Of a DNA stretch of 64,000 bases, positions 40,791 to 54,403 are shown one piece after another. Source of the DNA: Auanema rhodensis (lineage: Eukaryota > Animalia > Nematoda); assembly GCA_964057225.1 (NCBI GenBank), contig OZ059899.1:20832001-20896000 (forward strand), given 5' to 3'. Under the pieces are notes generated by a model, which was not told where the DNA came from, made no database searches, and saw nothing but the letters and a program-made list of their open reading frames with translations. Every line of letters begins with the position of its first letter. Position 1 is the stretch's first letter. The translations under genes were made by a program, and so were the position numbers.

Positions 40791-43700
40791 TGTAAACTTA
40801 TATCAGTTGATATCTCGGTGCATTTTTAAGCTAACTCAAATCTGATAACACAGATCGACGCAGCTTAAAAATCCGCATCAAATGCACTATACTACATTGA
40901 GAAATGCTTGATACAATAATTAGTTATGATCGTTTGAAAAATGATGCATTAGTGTATGTTGAGTTTCCATGTACACTCAACATTGCTTCCAAAAACATTT
41001 TGACAAAAATTTTTTCGAAAAATTTCAAAATAATTTAGCAAAAAGTAGATGTTTTTAGATTCCTTTTTTCAAGGCAAAGACGATGGACAATGTTATTCAA
41101 CGAAAAAATTAATTCTTCAGCGTGAGAATCGAGGATATAAGTGTGAACTTATATCAGTTGATATCTCGGTGCATTTTTAAGCTAGCGCAAATCTGATAAC
41201 ACAGATCGACGCAGCTTAAAAATCCGCATCGAATGCACTATATTGAATTGAGAAACGCTTGATACAATAATTAGTTATGATCGTTTGAAAAATGATGCAT
41301 TAGTGTATGTTGAGTTTCCATGTACACTCAACATTGCTTCCAAAAACATTTTGACAAAAATTTTTTCGAAAAATTTCAAAATAATTTAGCAAAAAGTAGA
41401 TGTTTTTAGATTCCTTTTTTCAAGGTAAAGACGATGGACAATGTTATTCAACGAAAAAATTAATTCTTCAGGGTGAAAATCGAGGATATAAGTGTGAACT
41501 TATATCAGTTGATATCTCGGTGCATTTTTAAGCTAGCGCAAATCTGATAACACAGATCGACGCAGCTTAAAAATCAGCATTGAATGCACTATATTACATT
41601 GAGAAACGCTTGATACAATAATTAGTTATGATCGTTTGAAAAATGATGCATTAGTGTATGTTGAGTTTCCATGTACACTCAACATTGCTTCCAAAAACAT
41701 TTTGACAAAAATTTTTTCGAAAAATTTCAAAATAATTTAGCAAAAAGTAGATGTTTTTAGATTCCTTTTTTCAAGGCAAAGACGATGGACAATGTTATTC
41801 AACGAAAAAATCAATTCTTCAGGGTGAAAATCGAGGATATAAGTGTGAACTTATATCAGTTGATATCTCGGTGCATTTTTAAGCTAACTCAAATCTGATA
41901 ACACAGATCGACGCAGCTTAAAAATCCGCATCAAATGCACTATACTACATTGAGAAACGCTTAATACAAAAATTAGTTATGATCGTTTGAAAAATGATGC
42001 ATTAGTGTATGTTGAGTTTCCATGTACACTCAACATTGCTTCCAAAAACATTTTGACAAAAATTTTTTCGAAAAATTTCAAAATAATTTAGCAAAAAGTA
42101 GATGTTTTTAGATTCCTTTTTTCAAGGTAAAGACGATGGACAATGTTATTCAACGAAAAAATTAATTCTTCAGGGTGAAAATCGAGGATATAAGTGTGAA
42201 CTTATATCAGTTGATATCTCGGTGCATTTTTAAGCTAGCGCAAATCTGATAACACAGATCGACGCAGCTTAAAAATCCGCATCGAATGCACTATATTAAA
42301 TTGAGAAACGCTTGATACAATAATTAGTTATGATCGTTTGAAAAATGATGCATTAGTGTATGTTGAGTTTCCATGTACACTCAACATTGCTTCCAAAAAC
42401 ATTTTGACAAAAATTTTTTCGAAAAATTTCAAAATAATTTAGCAAAAAGTAGATGTTTTTAGATTCCTTTTTTCAAGGCAAAGACGATGGACAATGTTAA
42501 TCAACGAAAAAATTAATTCTTCAGGGTGAAAATCGAGGATATAAGTGTGAACTTATATCAGTTGATATCTCGGTGCATTTTTAAGCTAACTCAAATCTGA
42601 TAACACAGATCGACGCAGCTTAAAAATCCGCATCGAATGCACTATATTACATTGAGAAACGCTTGATACAATAATTAGTTATGATCGTTTGAAAAATGAT
42701 GCATTAGTGTATGTTGAGTTTCCATGTACACTCAACATTGCTTCCAAAAACATTTTGACAAAAATTTTTTCGAAAAATTTCAAAATAATTTAGCAAAAAG
42801 TAGATGTTTTTAGATTCCTTTTTTCAAGGCAAAGACGATGGACAATGTTATTCAACGAAAAAATTAATTCTTCAGCGTGAAAATCGAGGATATAAGTGTG
42901 AACTTATATCAGTTGATATCTCGGTGCATTTTTAAGCTAGCGCAAATCTGATAACACAGATCGACGCAGCTTAAAAATCCGCATCGAATGCACTATACTA
43001 CATTGAGAAACGCTTAATACAAAAATTAGTTATGATCGTTTGAAAAATGATGCATTAGTGTATGTTGAGTTTCCATGTACACTCAATATTGCTTCCAAAA
43101 CATTTTGACAAAAATTTTTTCGAAAAATTTCAAAATAATTTAGCAAAAAGTAGATGTTTTTAGATTCCTTTTTTCAAGGTAAAGACGATGGACAATGTTA
43201 TTCAACGAAAAAATTAATTCTTCAGCGTGAAAATCGAGGATATAAGTGTGAACTTATATCAGTTGATATCTCGGTGCATTTTTAAGCTAGCGCAAATCTG
43301 ATAACACAGATCGACGCAGCTTAAAAATCCGCATCGAATGCACTATACTACATTGAGAAACGCTTAATACAAAAATTAGTTATGATCGTTTGAAAAATGA
43401 TGCATTAGTGTATGTTGAGTTTCCATGTACACTCAATATTGCTTCCAAAACATTTTGACAAAAATTTTTTCGAAAAATTTCAAAATAATTTAGCAAAAAG
43501 TAGATGTTTTTAGATTCCTTTTTTCAAGGTAAAGACGATGGACAATGTTATTCAACGAAAAAATTAATTCTTCAGCGTGAAAATCGAGGATATAAGTGTG
43601 AACTTATATCAGTTGATATCTCGGTGCATTTTTAAGCTAGCGCAAATCTGATAACACAGATCGACGCAGCTTAAAAATCCGCATCGAATGCACTATACTA

Positions 43701-46700
43701 CATTGAGAAACGCTTAATACAAAAATTAGTTATGATCGTTTGAAAAATGATGCATTAGTGTATGTTGAGTTTCCATGTACACTCAATATTGCTTCCAAAA
43801 CATTTTGACAAAAATTTTTTCGAAAAATTTCAAAATAATTTAGCAAAAAGTAGATGTTTTTAGATTCCTTTTTTCAAGGTAAAGACGATGGACAATGTTA
43901 TTCAACGAAAAAATTAATTCTTCAGCGTGAAAATCGAGGATATAAGTGTGAACTTATATCAGTTGATATCTCGGTGCATTTTTAAGCTAGCGCAAATCTG
44001 ATAACACAGATCGACGCAGCTTAAAAATCCGCATCGAATGCACTATATTACATTGAGAAACGCTTGATACAATAATTAGTTATGATCGTTTGAAAAATGA
44101 TGCATTAGTGTATGTTGAGTTTCCATGTACACTCAACATTGCTTCCAAAAACATTTTGACAAAAATTTTTTCGAAAAATTTCAAAATAATTTAGCAAAAA
44201 GTAGATGTTTTTAGATTCCTTTTTTCAAGGCAAAGACGATGGACAATGTTAATCAACGAAAAAATTAATTCTTCAGGGTGAAAATCGAGGATATAAGTGT
44301 GAACTTATATCAGTTGATATCTCGGTGCATTTTTAAGCTAGCGCAAATCTGATAACACAGATCGACGCAACTTAAAAATCCGCATCGAATGCACTATATT
44401 ACATTGAGAAATGCTTGATACAATAATTAGTTATGATCGTTTGAAAAATGATGCATTAGTGTATGTTGAGTTTCCATGTACACTCAACATTGCTTCCAAA
44501 AACATTTTGACAAAAATTTTTTCGAAAAATTTCAGAATAATTTAGCAAAAAGTAGATGTTTTTAGATTCCTTTTTTCAAGGTAAAGACGATGGACAATGT
44601 TATTCAACGAAAAAATTAATTTTTCTGCGTGAAAATCGAGGATATAAGTGTGAACTTATATCAGTTGATATCTCGGTGCATTTTTAAGCTAGCGCAAATC
44701 TGATAACACAGATCGACGCAGCTTAAAAATCCGCATCGAATGCACTATATTACATTGAGAAACGCTTGATACAATAATTAGTTATGATCGTTTGAAAAAT
44801 GATGCATTAGTGTATGTTGAGTTTCCATGTACACTCAACATTGCTTCCAAAAACATTTTGACAAAAATTTTTTCGAAAAATTTCAAAATAATTTAGCAAA
44901 AAGTAGATGTTTTTAGATTCCTTTTTTTAAGGCAAAGACGATGGACAATGTTATTCAACGAAAAAATTAATTCTTCAGCGTGAAAATCGAGGATATAAGT
45001 GTGAACTTATATCAGTTGATATCTCGGTGCATTTTTAAGCTAGCGCAAATCTGATAACACAGATCGACGCAGCTTAAAAATCCGCATCGAATGCACTATA
45101 TTACATTGAGAAACGCTTGATACAATAATTAGTTATGATCGTTTGAAAAATGATGCATTAGTGTATGTTGAGTTTCCATGTACACTCAACATTGCTTCCA
45201 AAAACATTTTGACAAAAATTTTTTCGAAAAATTTCAAAATAATTTAGCAAAAAGTAGATGTTTTTAGATTCCTTTTTTCAAGGCAAAGACGATGGACAAT
45301 GTTATTCAACGAAAAAATTAATTCTTCAGCGTGAAAATCGAGGGTATAAGTGTGAACTTATATCAGTTGATATCTCGGTGCATTTTTAAGCTAGCGCAAA
45401 TCTGATAACACAGATCGACGCAGCTTAAAAATCCGCATCGAATGCACTATATTACATTGAGAAACGCTTGATACAATAATTAGTTATGATCGTTTGAAAA
45501 ATGATGCATTAGTGTATGTTGAGTTTCCATGTACACTCAACATTGCTTCCAAAACATTTTGACAAAAATTTTTTCGAAAAATTTCAAAATAATTTAGCAA
45601 AAAGTAGATGTTTTTAGATTCCTTTTTTCAAGGTAAAGACGATGGACAATGTTATTCAACGAAAAAATCAATTTTTCAGGGTGAAAATCGAGGATATAAG
45701 TGTGAACTTATATCAGTTGATATCTCGGTGCATTTTTAAGCTAGCGCAAATCTGATAACACAGATCGACGCAACTTAAAAATCCGCATCGAATGCACTAT
45801 ATTACATTGAGAAATGCTTGATACAATAAATAGTTATGATCGTTTGAAAAATGATGCATTAGTGTATGTTGAGTTTCCATGTACACTCAACATTTCTTCC
45901 AAAAACATTTTGACAAAAATTTTTTCGAAAAATTTCAAAATAATTTAGCAAAAAGTAGATGTTTTTAGATTCCTTTTTTCAAGGCAAAGACGATGGACAA
46001 TGTTATTCAACGAAAAAATTAATTCTTCAGCGTGAAAATCGAGGATATAAGTGTGAACTTATATCAGTTGATATCTCGGTGCATTTTTAAGCTAACTCAA
46101 ATCTGATAACACAGATCGACGCAGCTTAAAAATCCGCATCGAATGCACTATACTACATTGAGAAACGCTTAATACAAAAATTAGTTATGATCGTTTGAAA
46201 AATGATGCATTAGTGTATGTTGAGTTTCCATGTACACTCAACATTGCTTCCAAAAACATTTTGACAAAAATTTTTTCGAAAAATTTCAAAATAATTAAGC
46301 AAAAAGTAGATGTTTTTAGATTCCTTTTTTCAAGGCAAAGACGATGGACAATGTTATTCAACGAAAAAATTAATTCTTCAGCGTGAAAATCGAGGATATA
46401 AGTGTGAACTTATATCAGTTGATATCTCGGTGCATTTTTAAGCTAGCGCAAATCTGATAACACAGATCGACGCAGCTTAAAAATCCGCATTGAATGCACT
46501 ATATTACATTGAGAAACGCTTGATACAATAATTAGTTATGATCGTTTGAAAAATGATGCATTAGTGTATGTTGAGTTTCCATGTACACTCAACATTGCTT
46601 CCAAAAACATTTTGACAAAAATTTTTTCGAAAAATTTCAAAATAATTTAGCAAAAAGTAGATGTTTTTAGATTCCTTTTTTCAAAGTAAAGACGATGGAC

Positions 46701-49700
46701 AATGTTATTCAACGAAAAAATTAATTCTTCAGCGTGAAAATCGAGGATATAAGTGTGAACTTATATCAGTTGATATCTCGGTGCATTTTTAAGCTAGCGC
46801 AAATCTGATAACACAGATCGACGCAGCTTAAAAATCCGCATCGAATGCACTATATTACATTGAGAAACGCTTGATACAATAATTAGTTATGATCGTTTGA
46901 AAAATGATGCATTAGTGTATGTTGAGTTTCCATGTACACTCAACATTGCTTCCAAAAACATTTTGACAAAAATTTTTTCGAAAAATTTCAAAATAATTTA
47001 GCAAAAAGTAGATGTTTTTAGATTCCTTTTTTCAAGGCAAAGACGATGGACAATGTTATTCAACGAAAAAATTAATTCTTCAGCGTGAAAATCGAGGATA
47101 TAAGTGTGAACTTATATCAGTTGATATCTCGGTGCATTTTTAAGCTAGCGCAAATCTGATAACACAGATCGACGCAGCTTAAAAATTTGCATCGAATGCA
47201 CTATATTACATTGAGAAACGCTTGATACAATAATTAGTTATGATCGTTTGAAAAATGATGCATTAGTGTATGTTGAGTTTCCATGTACACTCAACATTGC
47301 TTCCAAAAACATTTTGACAAAAATTTTTTCGAAAAATTTCAAAATAATTTAGCAAAAAGTAGATGTTTTTAGATTCCTTTTTTCAAGGCAAAGACGATGG
47401 AGAATGTTAATCAACGAAAAAATTAATTCTTCAGCGTGAAAATCGAGGATATAAGTGTGAACTTATATCAGTTGATATCTCGGTGCATTTTTAAGCTAGC
47501 GCAAATCTGATAACACAGATCGACGCAGCTTAAAAATCCGCATCGAATGCACTATATTACATTGAGAAACGCTTGATACAATAATTAGTTATGATCGTTT
47601 GAAAAATGATGCATTAGTGTATGTTGAGTTTCCATGTACACTCAACATTGCTTCCAAAAACATTTTGACAAAAATTTTTTCGAAAAATTTCAAAATAATT
47701 TAGCAAAAAGTAGATGTTTTTAGATTCCTTTTTTCAAGGTAAAGACGATGGACAATGTTATTCAACGAAAAAATTAATTCTTCAGCGTGAAAATCGAGGA
47801 TATAAGTGTGAACTTATATCAGTTGATATCTCGGTGCATTTTTAAGCTAGCGCAAATCTGATAACACAGATCGACGCAGCTTAAAAATCCGCATCGAATG
47901 CACTATATTACATTGAGAAACGCTTGATACAATAATTAGTTATGATCGTTTGAAAAATGATGCATTAGTGTATGTTGAGTTTCCATGTACACTCAACATT
48001 GCTTCCAAAAACATTTTGACAAAAATTTTTTCGAAAAATTTCAAAATAATTTAGCAAAAAGTAGATGTTTTTAGATTCCTTTTTTCAAGGCAAAGACGAT
48101 GGACAATGTTAATCAACGAAAAAATTAATTCTTCAGGGTGAAAATCGAGGATATAAGTGTGAACTTATATCAGTTGATATCTCGGTGCATTTTTAAGCTA
48201 GCGCAAATCTGATAACACAGATCGACGCAACTTAAAAATCCGCATCGAATGCACTATATTACTTTGAGAAATGCTTGATACAATAATTAGTTATGATCGT
48301 TTGAAAAATGATGCATTAGTGTATGTTGAGTTTCCATGTACACTCAACATTGCTTCCAAAAACATTTTGACAAAAATTTTTTCGAAAAATTTCAAAATAA
48401 TTTAGCAAAAAGTAGATGTTTTTAGATTCCTTTTTTCAAGGCAAAGACGATGGACAATGTTATTCAACGAAAAAATTAATTCTTCAGCGTGAAAATCGAG
48501 GATATAAGTGTGAACTTATATCAGTTGATATCTCGGTGCATTTTTAAGCTAGCGCAAATCTGATAACACAGATCGACGCAGCTTAAAAATCCGCATCAAA
48601 TGCACTATACTACATTGAGAAACGCTTAATACAAAAATTAGTTATGATCGTTTGAAAAATGATGCATTAGTGTATGTTGAGTTTCCATGTACACTCAACA
48701 TTGCTTCCAAAAACATTTTGACAAAAATTTTTTCGAAAAATTTCAAAATAATTTAGCAAAAAGTAGATGTTTTTAGATTCCTTTCTTCAAGGCAAAGACG
48801 ATGGACAATGTTATTCAACGAAAAAATTAATTCTTCAGCGTGAGAATCGAGGATATAAGTGTGAACTTATATCAGTTGATATCTCGGTGCATTTTTAAGC
48901 TAGCGCAAATCTGATAACACAGATCGACGCAGCTTAAAATTCCGCATCGAATGCACTATACTACAATGAGAAACGCTTAATACAAAAATAAGTTATGATC
49001 GTTTGAAAAATAATGCATTAGTGTATGTTGAGTTTCCATGTACACTCAACATTGCTTCCAAAAACATTTTGACAAAAATTTTTTCGAAAAATTTCAAAAT
49101 AATTTAGCAAAAAGTAGATGTTTTTAGATTCCTTTCTTCAAGGCAAAGACGATGGACAATGTTATTCAACGAAAAAATTAATTCTTCAGCGTGAGAATCG
49201 AGGATATAAGTGTGAACTTATATCAGTTGATATCTCGGTGCATTTTTAAGCTAGCGCAAATCTGATAACACAGATCGACGCAGCTTAAAAATCCGCATCG
49301 AATGCACTATATTACATTGAGAAACGCTTGATACAATAATTAGTTATGATCGTTTGAAAAATGATGCATTAGTGTATGTTGAGTTTCCATGTACACTCAA
49401 CATTGCTTCCAAAACATTTTGACAAAAATTTTTTCGAAAAATTTCAAAATAATTTAGCAAAAAGTAGATGTTTTTAGATTCCTTTTTTCAAGGTAAAGAC
49501 GATGGACAATGTTATTCAACGAAAAAATCAATTCTTCAGCGTGAAAATCGAGGATATAAGTGTGAACTTATATCAGTTGATATCTCGGTGCATTTTTAAG
49601 CTAGCGCAAATCTGATAACACAGATCGACGCAGCTTAAAAATCCGCATCGAATGCACTATATTACATTGAGAAACGCTTGATACAATAATTAGTTATGAT

Positions 49701-52700
49701 CGTTTGAAAAATGATGCATTAGTGTATGTTGAGTTTCCATGTACACTCAACATTGCTTCCAAAAACATTTTGACAAAAATTTTTTCGAAAAATTTCAAAA
49801 TAATTTAGCAAAAAGTAGATGTTTTTAGATTCCTTTTTTCAAGGTAAAGACGATGGACAATGTTATTCAACGAAAAAATCAATTCTTCAGCGTGAAAATC
49901 GAGGATATAAGTGTGAACTTATATCAGTTGATATCTCGGTGCATTTTTAAGCTAGCGCAAATCTGATAACACAGATCGACGCAACTTAAAAATCCGCATC
50001 GAATGCACTATATTACATTGAGAAATGCTTGATACAATAATTAGTTATGATCGTTTGAAAAATGATGCATTAGTGTATGTTGAGTTTCCATGTACACTCA
50101 ACATTGCTTCCAAAACATTTTGACAAAAATTTTTTCGAAAAATTTCAAAATAATTTAGCAAAAAGTAGATGTTTTTAGATTCCTTTTTTCAAGGTAAAGA
50201 CGATGGACAATGTTATTCAACGAAAAAATTAATTCTTCAGCGTGAAAATCGAGGATATAAGTGTGAACTTATATCAGTTGATATCTCGGTGCATTTTTAA
50301 GCTAGCGCAAATCTGATAACACAGATCGACGCAGCTTAAAAATCCGCATCGAATGCACTATATTACATTGAGAAACGCTTGATACAATAATTAGTTATGA
50401 TCGTTTGAAAAATGATGCATTAGTGTATGTTGAGTTTCCATGTACACTCAACATTGCTTCCAAAAACATTTTGACAAAAATTTTTTCGAAAAATTTCAAA
50501 ATAATTTAGCAAAAAGTAGATGTTTTTAGATTCCTTTTTTCAAGGTAAAGACGATGGACAATGTTAATCAACGAAAAAATCAATTCTTCAGCGTGAAAAT
50601 CGAGGATATAAGTGTGAACTTATATCAGTTGACATCTCGGTGCATTTTTAAGCTAGCGCAAATCTGATAACACAGATCGACGCAACTTAAAAATCCGCAT
50701 CGAATGCACTATATTACATTGAGAAATGCTTGATACAATAATTAGTTATGATCGTTTGAAAAATGATGCATTAGTGTATGTTGAGTTTCCATGTACACTC
50801 AACATTGCTTCCAAAAACATTTTGACAAAAATTTTTTCGAAAAATTTCAAAATAATTTAGCAAAAAGTAGATGTTTTTAGATTCCTTTTTTCAAAGTAAA
50901 GACGATGGACAATGTTATTCAACGAAAAAATTAATTCTTCAGCGTGAAAATCGAGGATATAAGTGTGAACTTATATCAGTTGATATCTCGGTGCATTTTT
51001 AAGCTAGCGCAAATCTGATAACACAGATCGACGCAGCTTAAAAATCCGCATCGAATGCACTATATTACATTGAGAAACGCTTGATACAAAAATTAGTTAT
51101 GATCGTTTGAAAAATGATGCATTAGTGTATGTTGAGTTTCCATGTACACTCAACATTGCTTCCAAAAACATTTTGACAAAAATTTTTTCGAAAAATTTCA
51201 AAATAATTTAGCAAAAAGTAGATGTTTTTAGATTCCTTTTTTCAAGGCAAAGACGATGGACAATGTTAATCAACGAAAAAATTAATTCTTCAGGGTGAAA
51301 ATCGAGGATATAAGTGTGAACTTATATCAGTTGATATCTCGGTGCATTTTTAAGCTAGCGCAAATCTGATAACACAGATCGACGCAACTTAAAAATCCGC
51401 ATCGAATGCACTATATTACATTGAGAAACGTTTGATACAATAATTAGTTATGATCGTTTGAAAAATGATGCATTAGTGTATGTTGAGTTTCCATGTACAC
51501 TCAACATTGCTTCCAAAAACATTTTGACAAAAATTTTTTCGAAAAATTTCAAAATAATTTAGCAAAAAGTAGATGTTTTTAGATTCCTTTTTTCAAGGCA
51601 AAGACGATGGACAATGTTAATCAACGAAAAAATTAATTCTTCAGGGTGAAAATCGAGGATATAAGTGTGAACTTATATCAGTTGATATCTCGGTGCATTT
51701 TTAAGCTAGCGCAAATCTGATAACACAGATCGACGCAGCTTAAAAATCCGCATCGAATGCACTATATTACATTGAGAAACGCTTGATACAAAAATTAGTT
51801 ATGATCGTTTGAAAAATGATGCATTAGTGTATGTTGAGTTTCCATGTACACTCAACATTGCTTCCAAAAACATTTTGACAAAAATTTTTTCGAAAAATTT
51901 CAAAATAATTTAGCAAAAAGTAGATGTTTTTAGATTCCTTTTTTCAAGGCAAAGACGATGGACAATGTTATTCAACGAAAAAATTAATTCTTCAGCGTGA
52001 AAATCGAGGATATAAGTGTGAACTTATATCAGTTGATATCTCGGTGCATTTTTAAGCTAACTCAAATCTGATAACACAGATCGACGCAGCTTAAAAATCC
52101 GCATCGAATGCACTATACTACATTGAGAAACGCTTAATACAAAAATTAGTTATGATCGTTTGAAAAATGATGCATTAGTGTATGTTGAGTTTCCATGTAC
52201 AGTCAACATTGCTTCCAAAAACATTTTGACAAAAATTTTTTCGAAAAATTTCAAAATAATTTAGCAAAAAGTAGATGTTTTTAGATTCCTTTTTTCAAGG
52301 CAAAGACGATGGAGAATGTTAATCAACGAAAAAATTAATTCTTCAGGGTGAAAATCGAGGATATAAGTGTGAACTTATATCAGTTGATATCTCGGTGCAT
52401 TTTTAAGCTAGCGCAAATCTGATAACACAGATCGACGCAACTTAAAAATCCGCATCGAATGCACTATATTACATTGAGAAACGCTTGATACAATAATTAG
52501 TTATGATCGTTTGAAAAATGATGCATTAGTGTATGTTGAGTTTCCATGTACACTCAACATTGCTTCCAAAAACATTTTGACAAAAATTTTTTCGAAAAAT
52601 TTCAAAATAATTTAGCAAAAAGTAGATGTTTTTAGATTCCTTTTTTCAAGGTAAAGACGATGGACAATGTTATTCAACGAAAAAATTAATTCTTCAGCGT

Positions 52701-54403
52701 GAAAATCGAGGATATAAGTGTGAACTTATATCAGTTGATATCTCGGTGCATTTTTAAGCTAACTCAAATCTGATAACACAGATCGACGCAGCTTAAAAAT
52801 CCGCATCAAATGCACTATACTACATTGAGAAACGCTTAATACAAAAATTAGTTATGATCGTTTGAAAAATGATGCATTAGTGTATGTTGAGTTTCCATGT
52901 ACACTCAACATTGCTTCCAAAAACATTTTGACAAAAATTTTTTCGAAAAATTTCAAAATAATTTAGCAAAAAGTAGATGTTTTTAGATTCCTTTTTTCAA
53001 GGCAAAGACGATGGACAATGTTATTCAACGAAAAAATTAATTCTTCAGCGTGAGAATCGAGGATATAAGTGTGAACTTATATCAGTTGATATCTCGGTGC
53101 ATTTTTAAGCTAGCGCAAATCTGATAACACAGATCGACGCAGCTTAAAAATCCGCATCGAATGCACTATATTACATTGAGAAACGCTTGATACAATAATT
53201 AGTTATGATCGTTTGAAAAATGATGCATTAGTGTATGTTGAGTTTCCATGTACACTCAACATTGCTTCCAAAACATTTTGACAAAAATTTTTTCGAAAAA
53301 TTTCAAAATAATTTAGCAAAAAGTAGATGTTTTTAGATTCCTTTTTTTAAGGTAAAGACGATGGACAATGTTATTCAACGAAAAAATCAATTCTTCAGCG
53401 TGAAAATCGAGGATATAAGTGTGAACTTATATCAGTTGATATCTCGGTGCATTTTTAAGCTAGCGCAAATCTGATAACACAGATCGACGCAGCTTAAAAA
53501 TCCGCATCGAATGCACTATATTACATTGAGAAACGCTTGATACAATAATTAGTTATGATCGTTTGAAAAATGATGCATTAGTGTATGTTGAGTTTCCATG
53601 TACACTCAACATTGCTTCCAAAAACATTTTGACAAAAATTTTTTCGAAAAATTTCAAAATAATTTAGCAAAAAGTAGATGTTTTTAGATTCCTTTTTTCA
53701 AGGCAAAGACGATGGACAATGTTAATCAACGAAAAAATTAATTCTTCAGGGTGAAAATCGAGGATATAAGTGTGAACTTATATCAGTTGATATCTCGGTG
53801 CATTTTTAAGCTAGCGCAAATCTGATAACACAGAACGACGCAACTTAAAAATCCGCATCGAATGCACTATATTACATTGAGAAATGCTTGATACAATAAT
53901 TAGTTATGATCGTTTGAAAAATGATGCATTAGTGTATGTTGAGTTTCCATGTACACTCAACATTGCTTCCAAAAACATTTTGACAAAAATTTTTTCGAAA
54001 AATTTCAAAATAATTTAGCAAAAAGTAGATGTTTTTAGATTCCTTTTTTCAAAGTAAAGACGATGGACAATGTTATTCAACGAAAAAATTAATTCTTCAG
54101 CGTGAAAATCGAGGATATAAGTGTGAACTTATATCAGTTGATATCTCGGTGCATTTTTAAGCTAGCGCAAATCTGATAAAACAGATCGACGCAGCTTAAA
54201 AATCCGCATCGAATGCACTATATTACATTGAGAAACGCTTGATACAAAAATTAGTTATGATCGTTTGAAAAATGATGCATTAGTGTATGTTGAGTTTCCA
54301 TGTACACTCAACATTGCTTCCAAAAACATTTTGACAAAAATTTTTTCGAAAAATTTCAAAATAATTTAGCAAAAAGTAGATGTTTTTAGATTCCTTTTTT
54401 CAA
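37431..54403 (+). repeat. Subfamily domain C (~48 monomer positions, the first part interleaved with B)
   Basis: Diagnostic variants are TTTTTTCGAAAAA, ATAATTTAGCAAAAAG, TTCTTCAG(C/G)GTG, ACAATAATTAG and TATATTACATT. The TAG closes the 63-aa ORF, which is why the ORF track is empty here except at 46,195. Confidence 0.9.
54343..54403. other. Inversion junction: 59-bp spacer (54,343-54,401) between inverted arms, 2-bp AA microhomology at 54,402-54,403
   Basis: The junction reads ...TTCCTTTTTTC-AA-TTTTTGTCAAAATG... The right arm start AATTTTTGTC (54,402-54,411) is the reverse complement of GACAAAAATT (54,333-54,342). No foreign sequence is inserted. Confidence 0.95.

Larger units (their letters stand above)
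1..54403 (+). repeat. Forward-oriented arm, ~155 head-to-tail monomers
   Basis: The motif GTGTATGTTGAGTTTCCATGTACACTCAAC recurs on the + strand at a 351-bp period up to ~54,310. The forward match ends at ...TTCCTTTTTTCAA (54,403). Confidence 0.98.

Noticed and set aside
271-46386. Repeated 63-aa + strand ORF (MKNDALVYVEFPCTLN...) as a tandem gene family
   Set aside because: It starts at TTG, not ATG, and resembles no domain I recognise. Variants are mostly non-synonymous. It is closed by TAG in essentially all C/D monomers and by frameshifts, stops or start loss in others. It is a chance ORF multiplied by the repeat.
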